Below, piece after piece: positions 33,036 through 43,098 of a stretch of DNA of 64,000 nucleotides. The DNA lies in contig CACHGV010000003.1 in NCBI GenBank assembly GCA_902579465.1, forward strand, positions 9,482 to 73,481, in the 5' to 3' direction. Under the pieces are notes generated by a model. It had not been told where the DNA came from. It worked only from the letters and a program-made list of their open reading frames with translations, and did not search any database. Origin of the DNA: an uncultured Pelagibacteraceae bacterium. Lineage in GTDB: Bacteria; Pseudomonadota; Alphaproteobacteria; Pelagibacterales; Pelagibacteraceae. Position numbers and translations under genes: made by a program. The stretch's first letter is position 1. Each line of letters opens with the position of its first letter.

Positions 33036-33188
33036 TTATTTAATTTTTTTTTTACCTAACTTATTTATTAAGAATAAAGCTATTGCAGTCAATAGGGCAA
33101 AAACTTCTAGTGCATGACCTGAACCTTCAAGAATTAATTGAACAAAAACAAATATTATACAAACTACAAACCAAACTAAAATTAACAT
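33036..33188 (-). CDS. Putative 50-aa two-TM membrane protein
   Basis: Translated by hand: MLILVWFVVCIIFVFVQLILEGSGHALEVFALLTAIALFLINKLGKKKIK; fills the fabI-msrB gap with 12-nt spacers on each side. Confidence 0.65.
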   Translation of the reverse strand: MLILVWFVVCIIFVFVQLILEGSGHALEVFALLTAIALFLINKLGKKKIK

Positions 33189-33200
33189 AATGATAAAATT

Positions 33201-33986
33201 TTAAGATATATTTTTTGGATCTGGCATTCCTACTTTATTGTAACCAGCATCAACATAATGAATTTCACCTGTAACTCCGCCTGCCATATCACTTAGGAGA
33301 TATAATGCTGAGTTTCCAACATCAATATTATCTACATTTCTCTTTAAAAAAGAATGATCTGCATTCCATTTATACAAGAATTTAGCATCCCCAATAGCTG
33401 ATGCAGCCAATGTTTTTATTGGACCTGCACTTATTGCATTGACTCTTATTCCTTTAGCCCCTAAATCTCTAGCTAAGTATTTAACACTAGACTCTAAGGC
33501 TGCCTTACAAACTCCCATTACATTATAATTTGGAATAGCTTTATTCGCCTCATAGCTAAGTGTAATCATGCTACCACCCTCTTTCATAACTTTTGAAGCT
33601 TCTTTTGCAACTTCAGTAAATGAAAAACATGAAATTAGCATACTTCTTAAAAAATTTTCTCTTGTAGTATTTAGATATTCTCCTGAAAGTTCAGATTTAT
33701 CAGAAAAAGCAATTGCGTGAACAACAAAATCAATTTCTCCCCATTGGGTTTTAACATCCTCAAACAATTTAATTACATCTTCTTTTTTTTCAACATCGCA
33801 GCTAAAAGTAACATCTGAATTTAGTTTTTCTGCAAGAGGAACCACTCTTTTTTTAAGAGCATCACCTAAATATGTAAAAGCTAATTCAGCACCTGCCTCT
33901 GAAAGTTTCTGAGAAATACCCCATGCAATAGATCTTTCATTAGCAACACCCATTATCAGTCCTTTTTTACCTTTCATTAAAGACAT
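33201..33986 (-). CDS. fabI: Enoyl-ACP reductase
   Basis: 'GVANERSIAWGI', 'YNVMGVCK', 'AGPIKTLA'. Confidence 0.97.
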   Translation of the reverse strand: MSLMKGKKGLIMGVANERSIAWGISQKLSEAGAELAFTYLGDALKKRVVPLAEKLNSDVTFSCDVEKKEDVIKLFEDVKTQWGEIDFVVHAIAFSDKSELSGEYLNTTRENFLRSMLISCFSFTEVAKEASKVMKEGGSMITLSYEANKAIPNYNVMGVCKAALESSVKYLARDLGAKGIRVNAISAGPIKTLAASAIGDAKFLYKWNADHSFLKRNVDNIDVGNSALYLLSDMAGGVTGEIHYVDAGYNKVGMPDPKNIS

Positions 33987-33989
33987 ATA

Positions 33990-35201
33990 TTAGATTTTCT
34001 CAAATACTAGGGTTGCATTTGTTCCACCAAAACCAAAACTATTAGACATGACAGTATTTAATGTTGCTTCTGTTTCTGTTTTAGCGACTATTGGAAATTT
34101 TTTAGCCTCTTCATCCATCTCACTTATGTTAGCAGAGCCTGTAATGAAATTATTTTTCATCATAATTAAACAATATATTGCTTCATGCACTGATGCAGCT
34201 CCTAGAGGATGACCTGATAAAGATTTAGTTGAGCTAATCTTTGGAATTTCACTTCCAAAAGCTTCTTTAACAGCATTCAATTCAGTAATATCTCCAACTG
34301 GAGTAGAAGTTCCATGAGTATTTATATAATCTACTTTATTCTTTGAAGTTGCCATAGCCATTTGCATACATCTTACTGCACCTTCACCAGATGGCGCTAC
34401 CATATCATATCCATCTGAAGTTGCTCCATAACCTGTTAATTCTGCGTATATTTTAGCTCCTCGAGCTTTAGCGTGCTCATATTCCTCAAGAACTAAAACT
34501 CCTGCACCCCCAGCAATTACAAAACCATCTCTAGTTTTGTCATAAGCCCTTGAAGCTTTTTCAGGATTATCATTATATTTAGAAGACAATGCAGTCATTG
34601 CATCGAACATTGCAGTCATCGCCCAGTGTATCTCTTCACTTCCGCCAGCAAAAACAATATCTTGTTTGCCCATTTGAATAAGTTCCATAGAATTTCCAAT
34701 ACAATGTCCACTTGTTGCGCAGGCTGAACTCATTGTATAGTTTGTACCTTTTATTTTAAATGGAACAGCAAGTGTTGCTGATGCTGTACTTGCCATGGTT
34801 CTTGGCACAATAAAAGGTCCCATCAATTTTGGAGTTTTAGCTCTAGTTTTATCAGCTGCCAAAATGACATTTTCAATTGAAGGTCCACCTGAACCCATAA
34901 CAATTCCTGTTTTGAAATTACTTACTTCACTTTCTTCCAAACCAGAGTCTTCGATCGCCTCTTTCATTGCAATATAATTGTAAGCAGATCCTGAACCCAT
35001 AAATCTAATTGTTTTTCTATCTATATGATCCTCAAGTTTTATATTAGGCTTTCCATGAATATGACTTTTAAGATTGTGTTCTTTATATTCTTCAGAAAAA
35101 GAAATTCCTGATTTAGTATTTAATAAAGATTGATGAACTTCCTCCTGATTATTCCCAAGGCATGAAACAATCCCCAAACCTGTAATTACTACTCTTCGCA
35201 T
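33990..35201 (-). CDS. fabB: Beta-ketoacyl-ACP synthase I
   Basis: 'SACATS', 'HGTST', 'SNSFGFGG'; adjacent to fabA. Confidence 0.96.
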   Translation of the reverse strand: MRRVVITGLGIVSCLGNNQEEVHQSLLNTKSGISFSEEYKEHNLKSHIHGKPNIKLEDHIDRKTIRFMGSGSAYNYIAMKEAIEDSGLEESEVSNFKTGIVMGSGGPSIENVILAADKTRAKTPKLMGPFIVPRTMASTASATLAVPFKIKGTNYTMSSACATSGHCIGNSMELIQMGKQDIVFAGGSEEIHWAMTAMFDAMTALSSKYNDNPEKASRAYDKTRDGFVIAGGAGVLVLEEYEHAKARGAKIYAELTGYGATSDGYDMVAPSGEGAVRCMQMAMATSKNKVDYINTHGTSTPVGDITELNAVKEAFGSEIPKISSTKSLSGHPLGAASVHEAIYCLIMMKNNFITGSANISEMDEEAKKFPIVAKTETEATLNTVMSNSFGFGGTNATLVFEKI

Positions 35202-35701
35202 TACTTAAATAATCCTACTTTTAGACTGTCTGCAGAGTATATTTTTTTTCCATCAGCAAGAAGAATACCATTCGCAAGCCCAACTGTTGTTTCACCTTTA
35301 ATCAATATTCTTTTCATATCAATAATATATGTCGCCATTTTGACATCTTTTAAAACCTCTCCTGTAAACTTTACTGTGCTTACTCCTAAAGCTCTTCCTC
35401 TCCCAGGATTTCCAAGCCAACCCAAGTAAAAGCCAACTAGTTGCCACATCGCATCTAAGCCTAAACATCCCGGCATCACTGGATCTTCTTTAAAGTGACA
35501 ATCAAAAAACCACAGATCATCTTTTATATCAAGTTCAGCCTTCATCAACCCTTTGTTAAAAGCTCCATTTTTTTCACTAATTTCAGTAATTCTATCAAAC
35601 ATTAGCATTGGCGGAGAAGGTAATTTTGCATTTCCAGGGCCAAAAAGCTCGCCATTTGCGCAGCTTATCAATTCATCATAATCAAAGGAACTTTTTTTCA
35701 T
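35201..35701 (-). CDS. fabA: 3-hydroxyacyl-ACP dehydratase/isomerase
   Basis: 'PPMLMFDRI', '[17 protein letters not shown]'. Confidence 0.98.
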   Translation of the reverse strand: MKKSSFDYDELISCANGELFGPGNAKLPSPPMLMFDRITEISEKNGAFNKGLMKAELDIKDDLWFFDCHFKEDPVMPGCLGLDAMWQLVGFYLGWLGNPGRGRALGVSTVKFTGEVLKDVKMATYIIDMKRILIKGETTVGLANGILLADGKKIYSADSLKVGLFK

Positions 35702-35751
35702 AATTTTTTAATCTTATTACTTGATTTACAAACATTATAATATAGATATTC

Positions 35752-35768
35752 TTTAGAATAATTATAAT
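35752..35768. promoter_or_regulatory. ICE-like (Irr) box upstream of irr
   Basis: TTTAGAA-TAA-TTATAAT versus consensus TTTAGAA-N3-TTCTAAA. Confidence 0.6.
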
Positions 35769-35773
35769 TAGTA

Positions 35774-36202
35774 ATGGCTCACTCTGACCAATATATAGAT
35801 AAATTAAGAAAATCAGGTCTAAGACCAACAAAACAAAGAATTAAAATTTGTGAAGTGTTGTTTGATGCTGAAAAGACTTTTCACTTTACAATTAAAGAGC
35901 TGGTTAAAATCATTGAAAATCAAGCAAATATTAAGGTTTCTTTAGCAACCGTTTACAATACTGTTCATGCATTTATAAGGAAGGGATATTTAAAAGAGAT
36001 TCCACTAAATGCTTCACAAAGTTATTTCGACACAAATGTAACTCATCATCACCATTTCTTTGACGAGGAAGAAAATAAATTGATTGATATTCATCAAGAT
36101 GATGTTGATGAAGTTAATATTAAAAGAACAATCCCAGGAAAAAAAATAAGATCAGTAGAAGTTATTGCTAAAATTGTTAGTGATAATCAATCTCAAAAAT
36201 AA
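35774..36202 (+). CDS. irr: Iron response regulator Irr (Fur family)
   Basis: 'GLRPTKQR', 'VSLATVYNT', 'FDTNVTHHHHFF'; divergent from fabA as is typical for alphaproteobacterial irr. Confidence 0.88.
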   Translation: MAHSDQYIDKLRKSGLRPTKQRIKICEVLFDAEKTFHFTIKELVKIIENQANIKVSLATVYNTVHAFIRKGYLKEIPLNASQSYFDTNVTHHHHFFDEEENKLIDIHQDDVDEVNIKRTIPGKKIRSVEVIAKIVSDNQSQK

Positions 36203-36231
36203 TCCAATAATATCAAAAGTTTAAATAATAC

Positions 36232-36302
36232 ATTATATTTATTCTAAACTGTTGACATATTACAATTACTCTATATATAAACCACTTTAGAATCATTATT
36301 AA
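36232..36302 (+). promoter_or_regulatory. rbr promoter (TTGACA 36252-36257) flanked by two ICE-like boxes
   Basis: ATTATAT-TTA-TTCTAAA (36232-36248) and TTTAGAA-TCA-TTATTAA (36286-36302); AGGAG RBS follows. Confidence 0.65.
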
Positions 36303-36316
36303 TAGTAGGAGTAAAT

Positions 36317-36733
36317 ATGTCATTAAAAGGTAGTAAAACTGAGGAAAATTTAAAAGAAGCATTTGCTGGGGAAAGCCAAGCAAATCGAAGATATCTTTAT
36401 TTTGCTCAAAAAGCAGATGTTGAAGGCTTTAACGATGTTGCAGCGGTATTTAGATCAACTGCAGAAGGTGAAACTGGACATGCTCATGGCCACCTAGAAT
36501 ATTTAGAAGAAGTTGGTGATCCAGCAACTGGTAAGCCAATTGGTGAAACGAAAGCCAATCTTGAGTCTGCAATTCAAGGTGAAACACATGAGTACACAGA
36601 TATGTACCCTGGAATGGCTAAAACAGCTAGAGATGAAGGCTTTGATGAAATAGCTGATTGGTTTGAGACTTTAGCAAAAGCTGAAAAATCACACGCAGGT
36701 AAATTTCAAAAGACTTTAGAAAGCATAGCTTAA
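36317..36733 (+). CDS. rbr: Short rubrerythrin lacking the rubredoxin domain
   Basis: '[12 protein letters not shown]', 'ETGHA', 'EYTDMYP', 'EKSH' diiron ligands. Confidence 0.95.
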   Translation: MSLKGSKTEENLKEAFAGESQANRRYLYFAQKADVEGFNDVAAVFRSTAEGETGHAHGHLEYLEEVGDPATGKPIGETKANLESAIQGETHEYTDMYPGMAKTARDEGFDEIADWFETLAKAEKSHAGKFQKTLESIA

Positions 36734-36739
36734 ACAGAA

Positions 36740-36769
36740 TTTGTGGACGAAGCCCCTCTCGTCCACAAA
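36740..36769. other. Intercistronic stem-loop between rbr and the Fe-S oxidoreductase
   Basis: Perfect 11-bp stem TTTGTGGACGA/TCGTCCACAAA, 8-nt loop, no U-tract on the + strand. Confidence 0.75.
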
Positions 36770-36789
36770 AACCACATTTAAAAAAATCT

Positions 36790-38115
36790 ATGAGTAAAGA
36801 AGGCAGCACACAAGCACCTACAAGACACCCATTAAAATTTAGAGATCCAGATTTTATAAATCCTGAAAAAATTGATCAGGAAATGAGAAGAGTATTTGAT
36901 ATATGTCATGGATGCAGAAGATGCTTTAATTTGTGTGACAGTTTTCCAAAATTATTTGACTTTATCGATGAAACTGAAGAAGGCGAGGTATCAGATCTTT
37001 CAAGTGATAAGTTTAAACCTGTTGTAGATGCTTGCACTTTATGTGATATGTGTTTTATGACTAAATGTCCTTATGTACCACCACATGAATTTGATTTAGA
37101 TTTTCCACATTTGATGTTGAGATATAGAACGGCTCAAAGAAAAAATGGTGATATTTCAAAAACTGCCAACCAATTAACTCAAATTGATAGAAATTCAAAA
37201 ATAGGAATATTTTTTAGCTTTTTTATTAATTGGATTACAAATGTTAAAAATAAATTTGCTAGAAAAGTTTTAGAATTTTTTACTGGTATAGATAAAAGAG
37301 CTATTTTACCAAAATATAATAAAGAAACTTTTGCAAATTATTTTCAAAAATTTAAAAAAAATATATTACCAAAATATAAAGAAAGAAAAGTTGTAATTTA
37401 TTCCACTTGTTTTGTTAACTTTAATAAGAAAAAAACTGGAGAAGCTGCTTTGAAAGTACTTCATCATAATAATGTTGAGGTAGAGCACTCTTATGCAGGT
37501 TGTTGTGGTATGCCTTATCTGGAACAAGCAGATCTAGATCAAGTTACAAAGCAAGCAGAGTTAGTTTCCAGAGAATTAATCAAATATGTTGAAAAAGGTT
37601 ATAAAGTAGTAACCCTAACAGCAAGTTGTGGTTTAATGTTAAAGTTTGAATGGCCTCTATTAATGCCAAATGATGGAATAATTAAAAAACTTTCTCAAAA
37701 TACACTCGATATTGATGAATATGTTATGGATATTGCAAATAAAGAGGGTTTAGTTAATGGTTTGAAAGAAATTGACGGAGGAGTAACAGTTCATAATGCT
37801 TGTCATGCTAGAGCACAAAATATGGGTAATAAGGCAAGAGATATGCTTAAATTAATTCCAAATATTAAATTAGATGTTGTTGAGAGATGTGCTGGTCATG
37901 GTGGAACCTTCGGTATTATGAAAGAAACCCATGACATAGCAAATAAAGTGGGCAAAACTACCGCAAGTACTGTTAAAAGAAAAAATAATAAGTATATGGC
38001 TTCTGATTGTCCATTGGCTGGCAAACATATAAAACAGTTAGCTGATGATACAAACATTGTTAATGATGAAGCTGTGCACCCAATTGAAATAGTTTCAAAA
38101 AGTTATGGATTATAG
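36790..38115 (+). CDS. Rubrerythrin-associated Fe-S oxidoreductase (GlpC/HdrD-like CCG domains)
   Basis: CHGCRRCFNLC, CTLCDMC...CP, 'GCCG', 'HNACH', 'SDCP'. Confidence 0.9.
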   Translation: MSKEGSTQAPTRHPLKFRDPDFINPEKIDQEMRRVFDICHGCRRCFNLCDSFPKLFDFIDETEEGEVSDLSSDKFKPVVDACTLCDMCFMTKCPYVPPHEFDLDFPHLMLRYRTAQRKNGDISKTANQLTQIDRNSKIGIFFSFFINWITNVKNKFARKVLEFFTGIDKRAILPKYNKETFANYFQKFKKNILPKYKERKVVIYSTCFVNFNKKKTGEAALKVLHHNNVEVEHSYAGCCGMPYLEQADLDQVTKQAELVSRELIKYVEKGYKVVTLTASCGLMLKFEWPLLMPNDGIIKKLSQNTLDIDEYVMDIANKEGLVNGLKEIDGGVTVHNACHARAQNMGNKARDMLKLIPNIKLDVVERCAGHGGTFGIMKETHDIANKVGKTTASTVKRKNNKYMASDCPLAGKHIKQLADDTNIVNDEAVHPIEIVSKSYGL

Positions 38116-38116
38116 A

Positions 38117-38710
38117 ATGTCAAAAGAACAAAAAATTATTACAAAAGATGATCTCCTTCCTTTAGATGCATACACAAAAGTTAGAAGACAAATGAGAAAA
38201 GAATTAGTTCAATTTAAAAAAAATAGAAGAGTTCTTTTAGGGCCTTATGCAACATTTTATTTTGAATGTTATGAAACAATGATAGCCCAAGTTCAAGAAA
38301 TGCTTTACATCGAAAAGGGCGGAGACGAACAAGTTGCTGACGAACTTGCAGCATATAATCCTTTAATCCCTAATGGAAAAGAATTAGTTGCCACTTTAAT
38401 GTTTGAGATAGACAATCCAATTATAAGAGCAGAGTTTCTTGGAAAGTTAGGTGGAGTAGAAAATAATATATTTATTAAAGTTGGGGACGAAAAAATTTAT
38501 GCAGTTCCAGAAATGGATGTTGATAGAACTTCAGAGGATGGAAAAGCATCTTCAGTTCAATTTATACATTTTAAATTTTCAGATGATCAAGTAAATAAGT
38601 TCAAAGACCAAAATAATTCAATTGAAGTAGGTATTGATCATAAAGAATATTCACACACAACTAAATTTTCGGACGATAATATTAAAGCTCTTTCTGCAGA
38701 CTTTAATTAA
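38117..38710 (+). CDS. DUF3501-family protein
   Basis: 'QVQEMLYIEK', 'YNPLIP', 'ATLMFEI', 'SSVQF'; third gene of the rbr cluster. Confidence 0.85.
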   Translation: MSKEQKIITKDDLLPLDAYTKVRRQMRKELVQFKKNRRVLLGPYATFYFECYETMIAQVQEMLYIEKGGDEQVADELAAYNPLIPNGKELVATLMFEIDNPIIRAEFLGKLGGVENNIFIKVGDEKIYAVPEMDVDRTSEDGKASSVQFIHFKFSDDQVNKFKDQNNSIEVGIDHKEYSHTTKFSDDNIKALSADFN

Positions 38711-39158
38711 CGATACCCCAAATTTTGTCATCTTTCAAAATCCAACCTGAGTAATCACCCGTACTTATATTACACCATTTTTCTTGGCATTTAATAACTT
38801 TTAAAAGACGACCCTTATCCAACTTTGCCAATGGTTTTGAATATTTCGTGGGTTTTCTAAATAGAATTTTTTCAGATTTGGTGATTATAGAACGTGAATT
38901 CCTCAATTGTGAAATATGGATCCAACCACTATTTTTTTTATGATCAATAACTCTTCTGAAATTTTCTTTTTTATCGATCACTTTTAGAGGTAATTCTATC
39001 TTTCTATAAACATATTTAATTGGATAATCAAAGCTTGGACCGTATCTAACATTTACTTTTTTATTTTTTAACATCAGAAAATAATTATTTTCTTGAGCGA
39101 ACGATGAAAATGGTAAAAGAAAAAAAAATGAAAATATTAAATATTTTCGCATATACAT
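38703..39158 (-). CDS. Exported bacterial SH3-domain protein
   Basis: Signal peptide; 'VNVRYGPS', 'GWIH', second SH3-like repeat. Confidence 0.85.
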   Translation of the reverse strand: MYMRKYLIFSFFFLLPFSSFAQENNYFLMLKNKKVNVRYGPSFDYPIKYVYRKIELPLKVIDKKENFRRVIDHKKNSGWIHISQLRNSRSIITKSEKILFRKPTKYSKPLAKLDKGRLLKVIKCQEKWCNISTGDYSGWILKDDKIWGIVN

Positions 39159-39886
39159 CCTTTTCTTTTTCTGAATAATACTTTCCTAAATTTAAGATTT
39201 AATAAATCTATTATTAAAATATGTGAATTTAAATTTTTACCAACATTTAAAATTGCTTTCAGAACCTCATTGGCCTGTAGGCTACCTGTAATAACTGCCG
39301 TTGATCCCAATATACCATCTGTTTCACAATCCAAAACTCCTTCTGCTGGTTCACCTTGGTAAAAACATTTTAAACAGGGACTTTTTTTTAAACTAAAATC
39401 AAATGTAAAAATATGTCCTTCAAATTTACTTATAGCTCCAATAATAAGTTTTTTTTTATATTTTAACGAAAATTTATTTAAAAGAAATTTTGCTTTAAAA
39501 TTATCAGTACCATCAACAATAACATCATACTTTTTCAGAATTTTTCCTAAATTTTTCTCGTCTGCTTTATTCCTATAAATTTTAACTTTTACTTTTTTAT
39601 TAATTTTACTTATTTTTTTCTTTAAAATATTAACTTTATATTTTCCAACATCATCAGCAGTGAACATAATTTGTCGGTGTAAATTTGATAAACTAACTTT
39701 GTCATGATCCATCATCCCAATTATGCCAACACCTGCTCGTGAAAGTAAATCAATCACTGGTGACCCTAAACCACCACATCCAACAACTAGAACTTTGGAA
39801 TTTTGAATTTTTTTTTGACCTAAAATCCCAACTTTTTTTAAAATAATCTGTCTTGAATATCGCTCGAGGTCTTTGTTACTAAACAT
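39137..39886 (-). CDS. MoeB/ThiF-family adenylyltransferase
   Basis: 'RYSRQI', 'GCGGLG', 'SNLHRQ', CxxC. Confidence 0.93.
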   Translation of the reverse strand: MFSNKDLERYSRQIILKKVGILGQKKIQNSKVLVVGCGGLGSPVIDLLSRAGVGIIGMMDHDKVSLSNLHRQIMFTADDVGKYKVNILKKKISKINKKVKVKIYRNKADEKNLGKILKKYDVIVDGTDNFKAKFLLNKFSLKYKKKLIIGAISKFEGHIFTFDFSLKKSPCLKCFYQGEPAEGVLDCETDGILGSTAVITGSLQANEVLKAILNVGKNLNSHILIIDLLNLKFRKVLFRKRKGCICENI

Positions 39887-39889
39887 TTA

Positions 39890-40327
39890 CTATTTACCAG
39901 TAGATCCAAATCCTCCAGACCCTCTGATTGTCTCTGGTAATTCATTTGTTTCTTCAATTTCTACTTTTAAAATAGGCATTAAAACCATTTGAGCAACTCT
40001 ATCTTCATGATTGACAGTAAATTCATCTTTACCGTGGTTAAATAAAATAATTTTTAGCTCTCCTCTATAATCACTATCAATTGTACCTGGTGTATTTAAC
40101 ACAGTAATACTTGATTTTGCGGCAAGACCAGATCTTGGTCTAATTTGAACCTCTGTATCTTCAGGAATTGCAATTGCAATACCTGTTGGTATCAATTTTG
40201 ACTCATTTGGTTTGATTGTTACAGGTTCAGCTACACATGCCATCAGATCCATACCCGAAGATCCACTAGTTTTATAACTTGGAAGTTTTGCTTTTTGGTT
40301 AAGTCTCTTAAGTAAAACCTTTACCAT
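39890..40327 (-). CDS. dut: dUTP diphosphatase
   Basis: 'RPRSGLA', 'GTIDSDYRGE', 'RGSGGFGSTG'. Confidence 0.99.
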   Translation of the reverse strand: MVKVLLKRLNQKAKLPSYKTSGSSGMDLMACVAEPVTIKPNESKLIPTGIAIAIPEDTEVQIRPRSGLAAKSSITVLNTPGTIDSDYRGELKIILFNHGKDEFTVNHEDRVAQMVLMPILKVEIEETNELPETIRGSGGFGSTGK

Positions 40328-40330
40328 TGA

Positions 40331-41521
40331 TTAATTAAGCTCAGAGATAACTCTATCCACTATCTCAGATGCTATTAAAGATTTGTTTTTCTTTAATAAC
40401 TTTTCACTTTCTTTATTTTTATAAAATATAGAAACTTCATTATCATCAGAGTCAAAACCTATTGTTTTATCAGAAATATCATTTGCAATAATCCAATCAC
40501 AATTTTTTTGGTCTAATTTTCTCTTTGAATTTATTTCAAGATTTTGTGATTCTGCTGCAAATCCAATTGTAATCTTTGGTCTAAGCGAATTATGATTTGA
40601 TATGTTTGATAAAATGTCAATATTTTTTTCTAACTTAAGATCCAAATTTTCGCTTTTTTTAATTTTTTCACTATTGATCTCTTTAACTTTAAAATCTGCT
40701 ACTGCTGCATTAAAAATAGCAACATCAGTTGGTAGATTTCTGAGAGTTTCCCTAAACATTTCTTCTGCAGTTTTAACTGAAATAAATTTAACTCCCTCAA
40801 CTGGGTCTAAATTTGTTTCTCCAGAAATAAGTGTTGTTTCAAAACCATTATCTCTTAATGATTTAGCAATTGCATAACCTTGTTTTCCACTTGATTTATT
40901 AGTTATAAATCTTACTGGGTCTATAAACTCTTTAGTAGGTCCAGCTGTAACTAATGCCTTATATTTTTTATTTTTTTCAATATTCTTAAAATAATTTTCT
41001 ATAGTCTTTAATATATATGATGGTTCTGACATTTTGCCTTTTCCATACTCTCCACAAGCCATATCCCCAATTTCAGGGCCAATTATCTTATAACCATAAC
41101 TTTTTAATTTTGATAAATTATCTTTAGTTGATTTGTGTTCCCACATTCTGACATTCATAGCGGGTACTAAAAACACTTGTTTATTTGATGCTAAAACAAC
41201 AGTAGAAGCAAGATCGTCAGTTAATCCATAACTTAATTTTGAGATTGTATTTGCTGTTGCAGGCACAATTAAAATTAAATCTGCCCATCTTGAAAGTGAA
41301 ATATGATCCATTTCAGTTTCATTTTCTGGACTGAATATGTCTTCATATACTTTTTCCTGCGAAAGTGATGAAATAGACAGAGGTGTTACAAAATTTTTAC
41401 CACTCTTTGTAAGTATTGTTTTAATGCTTACATCTCTTTTTTTTAAACCTCTTATCACTTCTAAGCTTTTGTAGGCAGATATTCCACCACATATGATTAG
41501 AAGTATTTTTTTATTTTTCAT
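40331..41521 (-). CDS. coaBC: Phosphopantothenoylcysteine decarboxylase/ligase
   Basis: 'PATAN', 'PAMN', 'DPVRFITNKSSGKQG'. Confidence 0.97.
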   Translation of the reverse strand: MKNKKILLIICGGISAYKSLEVIRGLKKRDVSIKTILTKSGKNFVTPLSISSLSQEKVYEDIFSPENETEMDHISLSRWADLILIVPATANTISKLSYGLTDDLASTVVLASNKQVFLVPAMNVRMWEHKSTKDNLSKLKSYGYKIIGPEIGDMACGEYGKGKMSEPSYILKTIENYFKNIEKNKKYKALVTAGPTKEFIDPVRFITNKSSGKQGYAIAKSLRDNGFETTLISGETNLDPVEGVKFISVKTAEEMFRETLRNLPTDVAIFNAAVADFKVKEINSEKIKKSENLDLKLEKNIDILSNISNHNSLRPKITIGFAAESQNLEINSKRKLDQKNCDWIIANDISDKTIGFDSDDNEVSIFYKNKESEKLLKKNKSLIASEIVDRVISELN

Positions 41522-41529
41522 GAGAAGAA

Positions 41530-43098
41530 TTAAAATACCAATAGGGTTAAAATTACAAGAGATAATAAGCCAATAATAGACTGGTTTCTAAATGACTTCA
41601 TTTCTTCTTTTTTAATATTTAATTCATTATAAGAGTTTGAATTTTGAGGTATTTGACCATTTGCAAGATAATTAAGGGCTTGGTTTGCTTTATCCATTAC
41701 CTCAGGTAAATTCGGAAGACGTTTTAATACTTCGACAGAGTCTTTTAATGTTTCATTAATCGAATTTATAGGATCTTTAGTTTCTTTTAGCCATTTTTCT
41801 AGAACAGGTTTGGATGTTTCCCATATGTTTGTTTCAGGGTTTAATCTTCTTGCAACTCCTTCAACTACTACCATTGTTTTTTGTAACATAAGTAACTGAG
41901 GTTGGGTTTGCATATTAAATTTTTCAGTAACATCAAAAAGTTGTTTTAGCAGTTTACCACCTGAAATATTTTTTATAGAGTGACCGAAAATTGGCTCACC
42001 AATTGACCTTAATGCTTGAGCAAGATCATTGACTGGTACATTGTTTGGGACTAGTCCTGCTGCGAGATGCACTTCTGCAACTTTTCTATAATCTCTTTGT
42101 ATAAAACCAAATAAAATTTCAGCTAAAAATCTTTTACTAACGTTATCTAACCTTCCCATGATACCAAAATCAATAGGAACAATTTGACCACTTTCATTTA
42201 CAAAAATATTTCCTTGATGCATGTCTGCGTGAAAAAAACCATCTCTCACAGCATGTCTTAAGAAATGTTGAATTATATCAGTGGCAATTTGTTTTGTATC
42301 AATTGATCTTTTCTCTAGCTCTTCTGTCTCTCGAATAGATACACCGTCAATCCAATCAAGGGTCATTATATTTTCGCTTGTATAATCCCAATAGATCTTA
42401 GGAACTTCAAAACCCGCATCATTTTTGGTATTTTCAGCGTATTCATTAGCTGCAGCAGCTTCAAATCTTAAATCCATCTCAAGACTGGTAATTTCTTTCA
42501 ATAAAAAAACTACTTCAACCAACTTTAATCTTTTAGTTTTTTTGATTATTGACTCAATAATATAGGCAAAAAGCATCAAAGCATCTACTTCTTCGTTAAA
42601 AATTTTTTTAATATCTGGTCTTAATATTTTTATTGCTACGTTTTTAATAACTCCATTATCGTTAATTTGAGCTTTATGTACTTGAGCAATAGAGGCAGCT
42701 GCAACTGGTTGACTAATATTAATAATTGAATTGTATAGTTCATCACCTAAATCTTTTTTAATCATATCTTTTGCTTTGGATTGTGAAAAAGGTGGAAGTT
42801 TGTCTTGTAAATTTTCTAGCTCTTTTGATAATTTATCTCCTATTATATCAGGCCTTGTCGCTAAAAACTGGCCAAGTTTAATAAATGTTGTGCCCATAGA
42901 TGCCAGAGAATTTGATAATTTTTCGCCTTCATTTAAATTATCATGTGACTCATCTTTTTTTGTAAACGAAAAGGAAAGTAATTTGAATATTACACTTATT
43001 AGTAAAGGTGGTTTGTTAAATTTTGATACAATACTTAAAACATCTGACTTAGCGAGTTTTCTACCAAGTTTAAATAATGTAATTAATCTTTTGAACAT
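41530..43098 (-). CDS. ubiB: Ubiquinone biosynthesis kinase-like protein
   Basis: 'IKLGQ', 'AASIAQVH', 'FFHAD', 'DFG'; ATG 43098 overlaps the ubiE stop (TAATG). Confidence 0.96.
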   Translation of the reverse strand: MFKRLITLFKLGRKLAKSDVLSIVSKFNKPPLLISVIFKLLSFSFTKKDESHDNLNEGEKLSNSLASMGTTFIKLGQFLATRPDIIGDKLSKELENLQDKLPPFSQSKAKDMIKKDLGDELYNSIINISQPVAAASIAQVHKAQINDNGVIKNVAIKILRPDIKKIFNEEVDALMLFAYIIESIIKKTKRLKLVEVVFLLKEITSLEMDLRFEAAAANEYAENTKNDAGFEVPKIYWDYTSENIMTLDWIDGVSIRETEELEKRSIDTKQIATDIIQHFLRHAVRDGFFHADMHQGNIFVNESGQIVPIDFGIMGRLDNVSKRFLAEILFGFIQRDYRKVAEVHLAAGLVPNNVPVNDLAQALRSIGEPIFGHSIKNISGGKLLKQLFDVTEKFNMQTQPQLLMLQKTMVVVEGVARRLNPETNIWETSKPVLEKWLKETKDPINSINETLKDSVEVLKRLPNLPEVMDKANQALNYLANGQIPQNSNSYNELNIKKEEMKSFRNQSIIGLLSLVILTLLVF

